Positions 1 through 11,588 of a stretch of DNA of 64,000 nt are shown here, in pieces. The translations under genes were made by a program, and so were the position numbers. Within the stretch, counting starts at the first letter, position 1. Each line of letters starts with the position of its first letter. The stretch is from Lepidodermella squamata (lineage: Eukaryota; Animalia; Gastrotricha): assembly GCA_047495785.1 (NCBI GenBank), contig JBLDXI010000024.1:1922001-1986000 (forward strand), read 5' to 3'. A model generated the notes under the pieces. The model saw nothing but the letters and a program-made list of their open reading frames with translations, did not search any database and was not told the DNA's origin.

Positions 1-134
1 TATTATGAAGTTTAATTGAATTTTAAAATTCATTTTGAATTGTTCAAAATTTTATAGCGGGGCGGCGAATTTACAAAAAAATCCACCTTAAAATTTTGAA
101 ATTTATTTAATTTTTTATTTTTCTGTATTTCAGG

Positions 135-483
135 CGCTCGATTTGCGAAACTTTCGCCTCTACCTTGCCGCCGTTCATCTTCCGGCGCAATGCTCTCACC
201 CCGTCATTTATCCGCCCAAATCTCAATTCAATCGATCGAAACCTCTCCCGCCCGCTTCAATATCACGAATTCGAGCGATCGCCTCGTCGTTCAAGTGAAT
301 AACTCGCCGAATAAGGACCTGCAAGCGATCAATTCCGCGCTGAAACACCGCGCGACCATGTCCGCAACTCGCCGCCTGCTCGGAGATGTCGATTCAGTGC
401 ATGCAGTTGCGGCTCAAAATGCTCAGAACGCAAGCGCTACATCATCATCTGCCCGCCAGTTGCTAGATAGCCTTGGCGCATGA
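135..483 (+). CDS. Last exon of an unidentified gene starting upstream of the window
   Basis: tttcag acceptor at ~134 followed by an open frame to TGA at 481-483; no recognisable domain. Confidence 0.45.
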
Positions 484-938
484 TCAGAAATACCACCACC
501 TTAAAATTGCTTTACATCAATTTTTCTCGTGTTGTTGTTTGGCTGAATTTTTTAAATAAGTTTTTTTCTAAATGCTGGGTGGATCATTTTTGTTTTGTTA
601 ATGGCTTGAGTGTGAAATTTGATCGAGTCAACATAAAGTGCCACAGCTGTGCTGACTCGTTGTTGTCTGTAAAAACAAAACTTTTTTGTTGATTTTGTGT
701 TGTTTTTTCTTTTCTTATTGGCGATGTAATATTCTGAAAACAATAGCCGTACCTAAACTTGATACGCACTCTTACGACGTGGAATTTTGATGATTGTTAT
801 GGATTTTTTTGTAAATTCGCTGCCCCGCTATAATTGTGCTCGTATAATGTGTCTACTCTTGACCAGGTTGTAAAATAAAAATTACGAAAAATATAAATTA
901 ATTCGATTGAAAAACTCGGTTCTATATTTTATGGGTAG

Positions 939-2631
939 ATTCTGAGAATGTTTACCCGTTGGAAGTCGGTTAGCGGTGACAGTTTAACGAAAAGCGATGC
1001 TCGACAGATTGCTGAAGAAAATGACCGGTTGAAGCAGGAACTTGAGCTGGTCAAGTCGCAACTTGAACGAGAAACAGGCCTGTTGGAAGAGGTAACCGCT
1101 GGTTTTATTAACTTGTGGAATTCGCGCAAATTGAAATATGAACTACCTGAAAGGAAAAAAGCCTTCTTGATAACACGTTTGGCGACGATGATGATGAAGA
1201 TGTAATGGCTAAATTGATACATTGTGAACAGGCTCGCAAGAAGTTGCAGGAAGAAAACGAACATTTGGCCTTGGTTTGACTTGCGCTGTTAAAATTCGAA
1301 TTTTTAGAAATTTCTCCTTCATAGGAACTTCACAAGGCTCGGAAGCAGTGGGAAGACGCGTCGAAAACTTTGAAAATTTTATCGTCCGCCAAAGTTTCGT
1401 ACAACTTGTTCAATTCATTGGTAATTAATCGAGTTATCAAATTTTTTGAGATTTAATTCGATTTTTTTCGCAGTTCTCTTTCCATCAATCTCGAAGTTAT
1501 TCGAATGCCTTGGAGAAAAAGTCGCTTTTTCACCACAAATGGCGATCTATTGCTGCGTTGGCGGTTACTAAGCATTGCTCAGCTGCTGATCTCATCGTTT
1601 TTTATCAATGCGGAAATATTTTCGTATGCCATGAAAAAGCCGTTCACAAAATCCAATAAAATCGAATTTTATTCAGGGTCTGACCCGAGACGCCAAAAGT
1701 ATTGTTTGGCGCGCGAAAATTGACTCGACAATTTGCCACGCGGTTGTCGACGAACGTCGCGGTCTTGTCTATTACTCAGCCTACTTTTTCCATCCTGGAA
1801 TTTACTCAGTTAGCCTGAAGAAACTCGAAAGTTGGCGCAGCTCTACGAAAAAACCACCCGCTAATTTGCCATCGGTGAAAACTGACACATTGATTGAGTG
1901 TCCGAAATGGGTCTTCCGAGGCATGGCTATTGATCCGCATCAGGACTGGCTATTCTGCTGCGCGAGATACGCTGGTTCCAACGCTGAAAATGCGTTCGAA
2001 TTAGGCTATAAAGTCGGTGTCTGGGATTTGGGTCAAATCAATGGTCGAAACACTCAGCCACTTTTCTTCCTTCAACGCGGCGACTCTGGCGTCCTATACC
2101 AGCCGTTCCAGCCGTACTACTGCGCCATCTACCGATCAGACCTCAACGATGAGGTGTTGCTCGCGATTTCGGACTGGCGAAATAGTTTGGTTCACTTGTT
2201 TAAGGTGGATTGCGATGAACTCAGCATGTCGATCGTGCAAACTGTTGCGACAAAGGGCGACGCCTCTGGCTCCGTTTCAGAGCCTTGTGCGCTCCAGTTC
2301 GACAGGGTTGGCAATTTAGTTGTAGCCGAAAGCGGTAACAAACGACTCCAAGTAATTTTTAAGGAGGATTTTTTTAATTTTTTTTTAATTTTAATTTGAT
2401 TTTTTACAGACGTTTGGACCAGTTGGCAAACTTGACGGTTCAGTTGTTTACGAATCAAAATGGCTATCTGAAACGTTTAAAACTGCGGTTTGGAGCGTGG
2501 CTGTTCTCGAAGCCAACGATTTTGACGAAGCAAGCGATGAGCAGTATTCGGATGACTCTCTGACCGATGCGCTCTACGTTGGCGTAAATGATTCCGGCAA
2601 AGTTTTATGCGTTAACTCTCCGTGTTTTTGA
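939..2631 (+). CDS. Coiled-coil plus NHL-repeat/beta-propeller protein (multi-exon, 5' end uncertain)
   Basis: Heptad-rich exons (QIAEENDRLKQELELVKSQLERE; EQARKKLQEENEHLALELHKAR), then FRGMAIDPHQDWLF and an NHL-type EPCALQFDRVGNLVVAESGNKRLQ repeat; intron ~2352-2409; last exon ends VNSPCF-TGA at 2629-2631. Confidence 0.6.
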
Positions 2632-2985
2632 AATTTTACCGTTTTATCATCTTATTTAATGTGAAAGCTCTTTCATTTTTCCGTTATTTTATTCTCACGC
2701 GTGATTCATGCTCATTTTAACTCGTGTTGTGATCAAATTAGACCTTTGAAACTTCAATGCACTTGTACTACAATCAATTTTGTGATCGAAAAAGGCTGAT
2801 TTCTCAATCAATTCTGTCTAGTATAATCGAATAAAATGAACAAGAATACTGAAAGCGGGCGAAAATGGCCCATTTATCGTAGTTATTTGTTTTATTGGAA
2901 AAGCATAGAAATTTCAACCGATAAAATCAAGGGAAATGACGCGGTAATTTTAGACTCTGCACAACTAGAGGAGAAGTCGCTTTTC

Positions 2986-5400
2986 TCAAGTTTGAATAAT
3001 CGGCTCCATCCATGACCGAACTTTACAGACTTGGTTGAAAACCAGCGGCGATGTTGGCGAGCCGCAATTTCCGAGGTTCGCAATGCCATCAAGGGTATAG
3101 TAGCCGTTTTTGTTGCAAATCAAGGCACTAGCGTCGTCGCCAGTACATGCGAAAAAAGACGTCCCAACACATGTTCTAGAGTCATCCAGCGACGAGGTGC
3201 CGAAAGTGCTTTGACAGTAGGAATTCGAGTAGATTGGAGTAAATGTCTTCCTTAACGACGCTGTTGGTATGTCCACGTTCAAATTTGTCGAAAACCACCC
3301 TGCTGTATACGCCAAATCGCCAGGTTGGCACGTTGCTGAACAGTCAGCCAAGCAAATCGGGACAATATTCCAAAACTGTTGAATTTGCGTGGGTACTGAA
3401 ACAAATTATTTTTTTTTTCAAAATTTAGGAAATTAAAAATGACGACTCACAATTGACTTTTAATAGGCAAAAGCTGTAGGCCGAATTTCCTGGTACAAAA
3501 CCAGGGTGTATTACAATGGAGGTTACCGGAGCTTGAAGCGTAAAAGAGGCACTCAGCGTATCGGCCTGGAAAAATGCTGTCACATCACTGGGGAAAAAGT
3601 TGATAAAAATGCAAATTTCAGTAAGATCTAGTTATTCTACCTTAATTGCTGAATTTGTTGGCAACAATGTCCGGCCGTTAAAATCTGAAATGAAATTTAA
3701 AATTTAAATATATTGTCAAATTAGATTTACGATTTGCCAACCCATGAGTTTTTAAGCAACATTCCACTGCAAGAATAATTTGCATTACGCTGCCGAGCAT
3801 TGATTCTAAGAAACGTCTGCCAAGGAAATTCTCCTGGCGCTGCGGTGGTTGCAGCGGTGTTTCCATTCACAGAACTTCTACCGCAAGTAGGATTTGACGA
3901 GGTGGTAGTTGGCGGCGTGAACCAGGGTGGCCACGTCCAGGTGGACGTAGGAGACGGCGTTGAAGTTGGCCACCATGGAGGCCATGTAGTAGAAGTCTGC
4001 GGCGCGCTAGTCGTAGTCCACCATGGCCATGGCCAGGTCGTAGTTGCGGTGGATGTCGATTGGGTAGTTGTTGGCCACCAGGGCCACCATGTCGTTTGAG
4101 AGGTCGTTGATGAGGTCAGCCACCATGGCCATGTAGTTGTTGGCGAGGAAGTGGCTGTGGTAGGCCACCAGGGTGGCCAAGTCGTGCCTGTAGTAGTTGG
4201 CCACCAGGGTGGCCACGTCGTGCCTGTAGTCGTAGCCCACCATGGCCATGTCGTAGTCGAAGGTGACGGGCTCGGGGTCGTCCACCACCACGTCCAGCCG
4301 TTAGTCTGAGTAGTTGCTGGTGGCGTATTCGAGCCAATATACGTGTTAATCCACGACAAAACTGAGCAAACGCGGCTGTAGACACCCGGGAACCCAGCTA
4401 AGCCGCAACCTTTCCCGAACGAGACAACCCCATCCAATGTATGAAATCCATTTCTTCTGCATTGCAACGGACTACCCCCATCACCTGTACAAGCATCGAC
4501 CCCATAATCGCTCAAATAACCAGCGCATAGCATTTGACCGGTGATAACAGAGCCGTAAGATTGGCTACATGTATTGCTGTCAACAATAGGCACATCAGCT
4601 TTGTTGAGGTTGGCCGAACGAGCCCCGTTTAGGGTGGATGAACCCCAGCCAATTACGGTTGCTGTATTTCCAACTTGGCATGTTTGATCGCAAGATGTCG
4701 GCAAACAAATCGGCTGAATTCGAGGATCATACGTGAGAGCGACTAAATAAATATTTGAAAATTAAAAAATCCTCATTAATAAAAAATTCAGAACCATACA
4801 TGGTATTTGTAGTAGGCAAAAATCGTTATTAAGCTGAACATCCAGATTGAACTGAGGATGAATGATCATTTGAGAGCAATTTGTAGCCACTGCAAACGTG
4901 CTAAGGCTATTGCCGCCTATCCGCACCATGATATCCGAGGCATAGGTAGCTTTCACGCAACATTGAGCCGATGTTAAAATCCACGATTGACTAACAATCG
5001 ACCCGCCACATGATGTTTGGCTGCCGGTAGATCGGCTGAAAATATCGAGATAAACAGCCCAGGGGTATTCGTTCTGGGCCGCCTGATCACCGCCTGAAAT
5101 TCGGCCTTGAATTCCTGGGAAAAATCCAGGCTTTTGATATTGATTTAGCCCGCAGTTGCTATTTATCGCCGATATGGTCGCGGGGGTTAAGGTGGACGTT
5201 ACAGTAGAGTCTGTCAACCATGACGTCGGAGCAGTCGTGCTCGGTGATGCGGTAGCTGTGTCCACCCTAGTCTGGACTGTCGTCGACGAGGACACTACAA
5301 CAATTGGGGCGTAATTTGGATTCGTATTATAGGGCGTGCATGCATTGGCAACTTGGCCAACGAATAGCAGATAAAATGCTAAAAAATCAGTTTTAGGCAT
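2986..5400 (-). CDS. Secreted tandem trypsin-like (S1A) serine protease homolog with two catalytically incomplete domains
   Basis: Signal peptide MPKTDFLAFYLLFVGQVANA. Domain 1: RISGG...YPWAV...CGGSIV...WILTSAQC, NDFCLL, DACTGDGGSPL. Domain 2: GEFPWQ...CSG...ILTAGHCC, YSFCLL, ACTGDDASAL. Five exons with short GT-AG introns. Confidence 0.9.
3890..4320 (-). repeat. Coding repeat of TTWPPWWPTT-like units (Trp/Pro/Thr linker) between the two protease domains
   Basis: About 9 degenerate W-rich units in ORF 3727..4704; the DNA is rich in TGGCCA/CCACC. Confidence 0.9.
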
Positions 5401-6454
5401 GTTTGCTAGGTCATTTTTCTCGAAAAATTATTGTCGTGAGCTGAGATATAATAAACTATACCTACGAGTTTATTATCTGCGCGTGGGCAGTGATGTTCGA
5501 ATAACGCAGAGGTACACAGAAACAACATTCACCGCTTGGTGTGTTCTTACGTCGAACAATGGCACACTTTGTTTCAAGAAAAAACACAGGTGCGCATGAG
5601 TTATTGCGCGAACAATGCCGCGAGTTGTCGAAATTTAGTAGCTGGGCTTCTAGGGTTGTTGTTATTTTGACAGCATCGGCCGTCTGTAATGTTAATACGG
5701 CGAACGCCCTTGTCGCTTGCAATAATTATAACGATAATAATTGCTGGATAAAACTTGACTTTTCAAACACGTTTTCAACAATACTTTAAAAACAGTTGAT
5801 CATCAATGAAATGCCAATGAAAATTGTGATTTTTGATATTACTGAATAAAATAACATGAATTATCAAGTTAATCTGGCCTTTATATCCAATTTTTTTGCA
5901 TTTTATAAATAATTGTTCTCATTTCGCTGAAAATTCCAGAATTATTATCATCAATTAATTGCCTTTTATAATTTAGTCGATTTTATCATCACCACCTTCA
6001 ATTATCAGCATAATAAGATAACTACCCTGCAACTGATAAAACCCTCGCCCTCTCCCTCTCCGTCTCTTACGTGCCCCATCAATATGATGAGCATGGATAC
6101 ATCTTACTAGCACGCGCCTCTTGTTCCATAGTATTATTAGAGAGTTATTTTGTGTATTTTGTTATTTGGAAAGAGGACAACAATAAAGATTTTTATTTAT
6201 TTTATTTAAGAGTATTGAATATGGCCAGCTGCCCATTCTCATAGGTCGGCCAGTGTAACACCCGGGTCACTGCTGTTATGAAGAGCACGCGTCACATTAT
6301 TGAAGGGTCGCACGCCGCTTGTGCCGAACTTATTTTCCCCAATTTTTATTACTACAAGCCGTGTTGTCTGCCCATACATAACGTCATTATCTGAATGAGC
6401 TGTATTTCTTGGCAGTGTATTTTCGGAAATATCAAGTATTAACGTAAGAGCTAC

Positions 6455-9400
6455 ATGGCAAGTCACAATGTGAGTTCGATAAATCAGTGAATTTATAGAC
6501 AAATTTCTTTTTCCTTTTTGTTCTTCAGCTTCACTTTAATCGGCCGATCCAAGATTACCCCGATTTTGTACCCACTGTAATTTCACTATGTGCGGGGTGT
6601 GGGAAGCATGGTATTCCTCCTCAGCAGAAAATAATTCTCGAATGTGAAAATATTGTCTGTCGACAATGTATGGCTGAAATGCTTGAAAGAGGCGGCCCTT
6701 CCGCTGTTAAATTCATGTGTTTCGTGTGCTGTAAACCGCATGTTAAACCCGGTGCTATGCCACAATCCCAAGAGAAAGAGCAGGCTTATTTTGGAGGTAT
6801 ACATATTTTTTGTATAAATTATTATTATGGCAACTGATTTATGTATTTTATCGTAGGTTATGCGGGTGATTTGGATAAATTAAATTCGCGGAAAAATCCG
6901 CCGCAGCAGCAGTATCACGGTGACGTGCGTGAACAGTTCAATCAGCATGACACCCGTTACCATCAACAAGCCAATTTACCCCGCTCTGATCACCGCAACT
7001 TCAATGGCCAGTACCGCGGAGATGGGCGCTATAACAACGACAGGCAATGGCACAATGGCCAGGGATCTGCGAAGCCCTATAACAATCAAAAAGTAAGTCC
7101 CTGCGACCACAATTATTTGAAAATTATTTATTATATAGTATTATTAATTTGATCATCTTGTTAATATCTACTGTGCTTTAGTATGACATTCGCCACGATA
7201 ACCGTGAAAAAATGGATAGGCGCAAAGGCGTAAATGACTGCAATCAACAACAGGTACAATTGATCTCTATACCCAACCATAAGATTTTGTTTCTATTTTT
7301 AAAAGAATGAGGGCGATTTGCGAAATACGATCAGCGATCGAAATCAACCACGCGAAAACATGGCTGAGGATGTGTCGCCCAAAGTCAAAAGTGAGCAATG
7401 CGACGGCAAGAAAAATGGCGAAAAAAATCGAGAAAAAATGGCGGAAAACTCTAAATCGAAAAACAAAAAATCTAAGGAAGATGAGAAATTGCGAGAAAAG
7501 TCAGGCGCCGACGAGAAAAATCCGTGAGTAAACCTTGATCTTTTCTATACCAATATCAATGAAATTATTTTAGAGAATTCAAGGGCAAGTCGAAAATGGT
7601 TGATAAGGAGACACAATTTCGTTTGTGATGTTTTCCTGCCTGTATAATCATTTTATTGAAATTATCCCGAAAACAGGTGCGAAAGAAGAAAAGAATCGAC
7701 AAAACCAAAACCACCATATCCAAGAGGAGAACGACAAGCGTTTATCAGAAATGAATCTGGTGAGTGCTTAGCCGTTAATCTTATTATCAAAGTTAAAATT
7801 CGCTTTTAAATTATTTAGGCGCTTGAGGTGCTTCGAAGCGCATTGATGAAAAAGGATAGGGAGATGGAAAATTTGAGAAACGAGGTGACAAAACTTCAAC
7901 CGTGAGTTTGTCTTGCGACAAATTAAATTCAAAAAATGATTCACTAATTATTTTAGTGTCCCGATGATTGGTATTGATATCGGAACAACCAAGTCGTGTG
8001 TTGCCGTTTTCGAAAATGGCTCTGGTAATTTTGAAATTTTTCGAAAAATTCCCGCGATTAATTCTCAATCTTAAGTTCGAACTATTTGCAACGAACGCAA
8101 CGAGCAGATTATTAGCAGTTGTGTCCATTTTAACAACCCAAAAGTGGACGATGGAAGTGATCCGGTTGAAATCGGCACGAAAAAACTGGATGCTAACTCA
8201 ATTCCCTGCATTAAACGCATCGCTGGAATTGCTTATGAAACGCTGATTTCCGAGAGCATTTTCTTACCGTGCGAGGTAACGGGCGAAGACGGGCACAGCG
8301 AGCCAGTTTTCATCATCCCGAATCGCAAAAATGAACCGCCGTTTCAGCGCGTGGAAATTTTTGCGTTGCTGATCGAAAAATTGAAGCGCATGGCTGAGGC
8401 TGAATTTCAGGGCCGCAAGGTCACTCGAGCTGTAATTTCAATCCCGGCCGGGTTCGGTTATTTTCAGCGACTCGAAATTTTGGACGCGGCGGCTATTGCT
8501 GGACTCGCCGAAGTTCGGCTTGTCAGTGATACGGAGGCTCTCGTTGAAACGTTCAAATTTCGAAGTGGCGATGAGAAAATTAACAAGAAATTGCTGCTTG
8601 TTCAAATTGGCGGTGGTGTGACGGAAGTTTCGATGGTTCGCCTGGCTGAAGGTAGTAAACAAAACATTGCTGATATCTCGTCGTATTGGTTCGGCGGTGA
8701 GGATATCGACTTCGAATTGATGTCTATCATGTTATCGAAACTGCAAAACATCGTTAAAGCGAACGTGTACCAAACTGAGGTGAAATGCAATTTGAAAGCG
8801 CAATGCCAGCGGGTTAAGGAGGAACTCTCAAGTGGCGTTAAACAATCGGAAATATCAGTTTCCGTCGATGGGAGTAAAGTCGTGCTGCCGCTAACCCGAG
8901 AGGAATTTGAAGGTATCCTTTCGGAAAAATTAGTACCAAATCTGCTGTCGGCTATCAAGTCAACGATCGAAGGAAGAGGGGAGCCCGAAGAAATCGTTCT
9001 GGCTGGTGGATGTACTCGGATTCCGATTATTGTCGACCATCTGAAGGGTCAGTATCCTAATGCTACGTTGTGTCGTAGCATCAATTGCGACCTAGCGGTG
9101 GCCCATGGAGCCGGTAAGTTCGTGCGATCTTTAATTAAAAAAATTAAAGAATTATGAAGCATTTCCCCTTCAAGTGATAATAAAGAACCGAATCTGAAGG
9201 TGTAAAAATTTCCGCTACCGAATTTGAGATTGGAGTGCTAAATTGAATTACCCCCACTTGCGCAACTGCCACTTGCGCAACTTTTCTAGTTATTTTTTTA
9301 GTTTTAAGCAGTTTTCATCAAGACTGAAGTAGATACATTATAAAAGTAATAATATTTTGGAAATACAACTATTGAAGCGTCATTTGGTGTATGTCATTTG

Positions 9401-11502
9401 ATGATCCATTATTTGGTCATAAGCCTTTAGATGTTAAATTACAAAAAAACAAAATGCCGGCTTTATTTATTTCAAAATGTTCAGCGCATAGCTAGAGTGG
9501 ATATACATAGAAGCAAAGAAGCAAATTATGTAGAAAAGCTTGTAGAAGAGCCGATCAACGATGTTAACTATTTGTAATCAGTAATCAATGATGACATACT
9601 GTCTAGGCAAGCGAGTAAATCGTTGGTGCTATTTTCGCTGTAGCCGAAATGGCGTACAACTTGCTGGATATGTTACTCCACCCGTTCGTATTTCGGCAAA
9701 ACACGCTCAACTTTTAGACCTCGATCGATTTTACGCATTTTCGCGGCAGAGGCGATTTCTTTGTTGAAATGTTTGTTGAAATGTGGAAATGTTGGAAGCT
9801 TGCGAGTATCATCTGCTGACCACGCGTTATTATAGCCACCCGTATAACATACACCAAATGACGCTTCAATAGTTGCATTTCCAAAATATTATTACTTTTA
9901 TAATGTATCTACTTCAGTCTTGATGAAAACTGCTGAAAAAGTGGTAGTTGCGCAAGTGGCAGTTGCGCAAGTGGGGGATAACCGCTAAATTTTCCAATAA
10001 TTCGGCGACTTCGGCTTTTCCCCTAACTTCATCGATTATAATATTACCGTAGGATTTTCCACATAGCCACCTCGCAATCTAAGGCAGGGGGAATAATTTT
10101 CGATGTTGGCTTCTTATAATGCTGATATCGGAAAAATTACTGATTTTTAATATCGATACTCAGCTCTAAAGGCTGAAGTACAGCGTGTCCCAGAAGTTGC
10201 GCAACTATTTTTTGATTTGCCGACTTTTTGCAGCAAATTCAACTAATTTTATTGATTTGAACATACTTGGTGAAATTCCATCTTTTATCCGCGATTTAAC
10301 CGAAAAAATGAAAAATTTACTAAATTTACTAAATCGGTAAGTTACCGAGGAAAACCCGGAATACGTCGATGGTAATTGGTTCGGTAATTTTCGGTATTTT
10401 ACCCGGTTGGACCAAATATCTTCAGACTTTAACCGGGTTTTACGGCAACTCTGGATGAAATTCCTTACCGGGCTACTAACATTTCAACCTCAAAATTTGG
10501 AAAATTTCGAAAAATAATTGTAGGAGAACCGTTAATTTGTGATGTTTTCGAACCGAATTGACCCCTTAGCCCTGGGCTACTGTTAGGATGGGCTACTATT
10601 GGAACAAATACGGTATTTTATTATCAGGCCCACATCCACCTGAGAATAACATGAGAGAAGCATCGCTTTAAAAATCAATTTATTTTTCCATTTTTCGTAG
10701 CTTTGATTGCTAGCAAGGTGGATATTTTTGAGCCATCGATGCCCATCAAAATGCTCATCGAATTCTTCAGCCATGCCACGGGCAAGTTACTCAACGCGAT
10801 TGAGTTGAAAAAATACGTGAAACTGCCGATCAACATTCGCGAATACTTGCCTGATTTCGGCGAGGAAAAAATAGTTATCAAGGTGGGCCTTGTTTTTTTT
10901 ATAAATTCAATAATTTCATCTGTTGAAGATTCACCAAAGCGACGATCAAATCGCTCGGTTAATCGTACCTCGTTGCGCTCGTTCGTCGAAATTGCGATTG
11001 GAAATAAAAGTCGATAAAAATGGCCTGATCACATCTGGCTATGTCGCCGAGCCCTTGCAAGAAATCGAAATTACAGAAATTTTAACAAGGAGAGATTTCC
11101 GAAAAGCCGTTGCTAGGCTCGAAAAGTAGGATCAGTTTTAAATTGTTATTACCTTAAATTCCCTGGTTTGCTCTTCAGTTTTCGAGACGAAGTTGATAAT
11201 CGGCGATTGCAAAAAGAAGCTTGCAACAAGTTGGACAAATTGATTTTCTTCGCTGAGAATGTTACAAGTCAGTGTGATTCCGGGCCTGATAACGTCATGT
11301 CGAGCCTGAAACAAAAGAGTCGCGATTGGACCAAGTGGTTTGATTCTAATCCAGTTAGTTTTCATTTCATAAAATCACAGTAAACAATTTTTAATCTTAA
11401 CAATTCTAGAATGCTTCGATCTCCGAGTTGGATGAAAAGCGATTTTTGATCGAAAAAGAACTTCGTCAAGCTGGAATTACTATTCCTGCTGAATCGTGTT
11501 GA
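6455..11502 (+). CDS. RING finger - low-complexity/coiled-coil - divergent Hsp70 fusion protein (Hsp70 cluster gene 1)
   Basis: Phase-compatible exons: 6455-6469 (MASHN), 6529-6796 (CAGC..ILECENIVCRQC..CFVCCKPH), 6857-7092, 7182-7253, 7306-7523, 7574-7620, 7677-7759, 7819-7901, 7957-8024 (IGIDIGTTKSCVA), ~8075-9113 (VISIPAGF, GGEDID, LAGGCTRIP, AVAHGA), then short exons ~10700-11502. Confidence 0.8.
9245..9983. mobile_element. Non-autonomous DNA transposon (MULE-like) in the intron of Hsp70 gene 1
   Basis: ~140-bp terminal inverted repeats beginning CCCCCACTTGCGCAACTGCCACTTGCGCAACT; direct repeat GCTAAATT at 9237-9244 and 9984-9991; internal minus-strand remnant (GYNNAW...PTF..F...E) resembling a MULE transposase C-terminus, with a stop codon. 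Confidence 0.8.
10181..10420 (+). mobile_element. Tc1/mariner-like terminal fragment (dispersed repeat, copy 1)
   Basis: Starts TA-CAGCGTGTCCCAGAAGTT; homologous in reverse orientation to 21255-21473. Confidence 0.6.
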
Positions 11503-11588
11503 TTTAAAAAAAAAGATGAATACAATTCCGCGTATGTGTCACTTATATTTCTGTTTAATAGGTTTGATTTATCTATCCTATATTTCAA

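Noticed and set aside
3800-4385. Overlapping ORFs 3800..4099, 4007..4291 and 4116..4385
   Set aside because: Alternative frames of the W/P/T coding repeat
5400-6450. Short ORFs between the protease homolog and Hsp70 gene 1
   Set aside because: No domain evidence; most likely a divergent promoter or intergenic region
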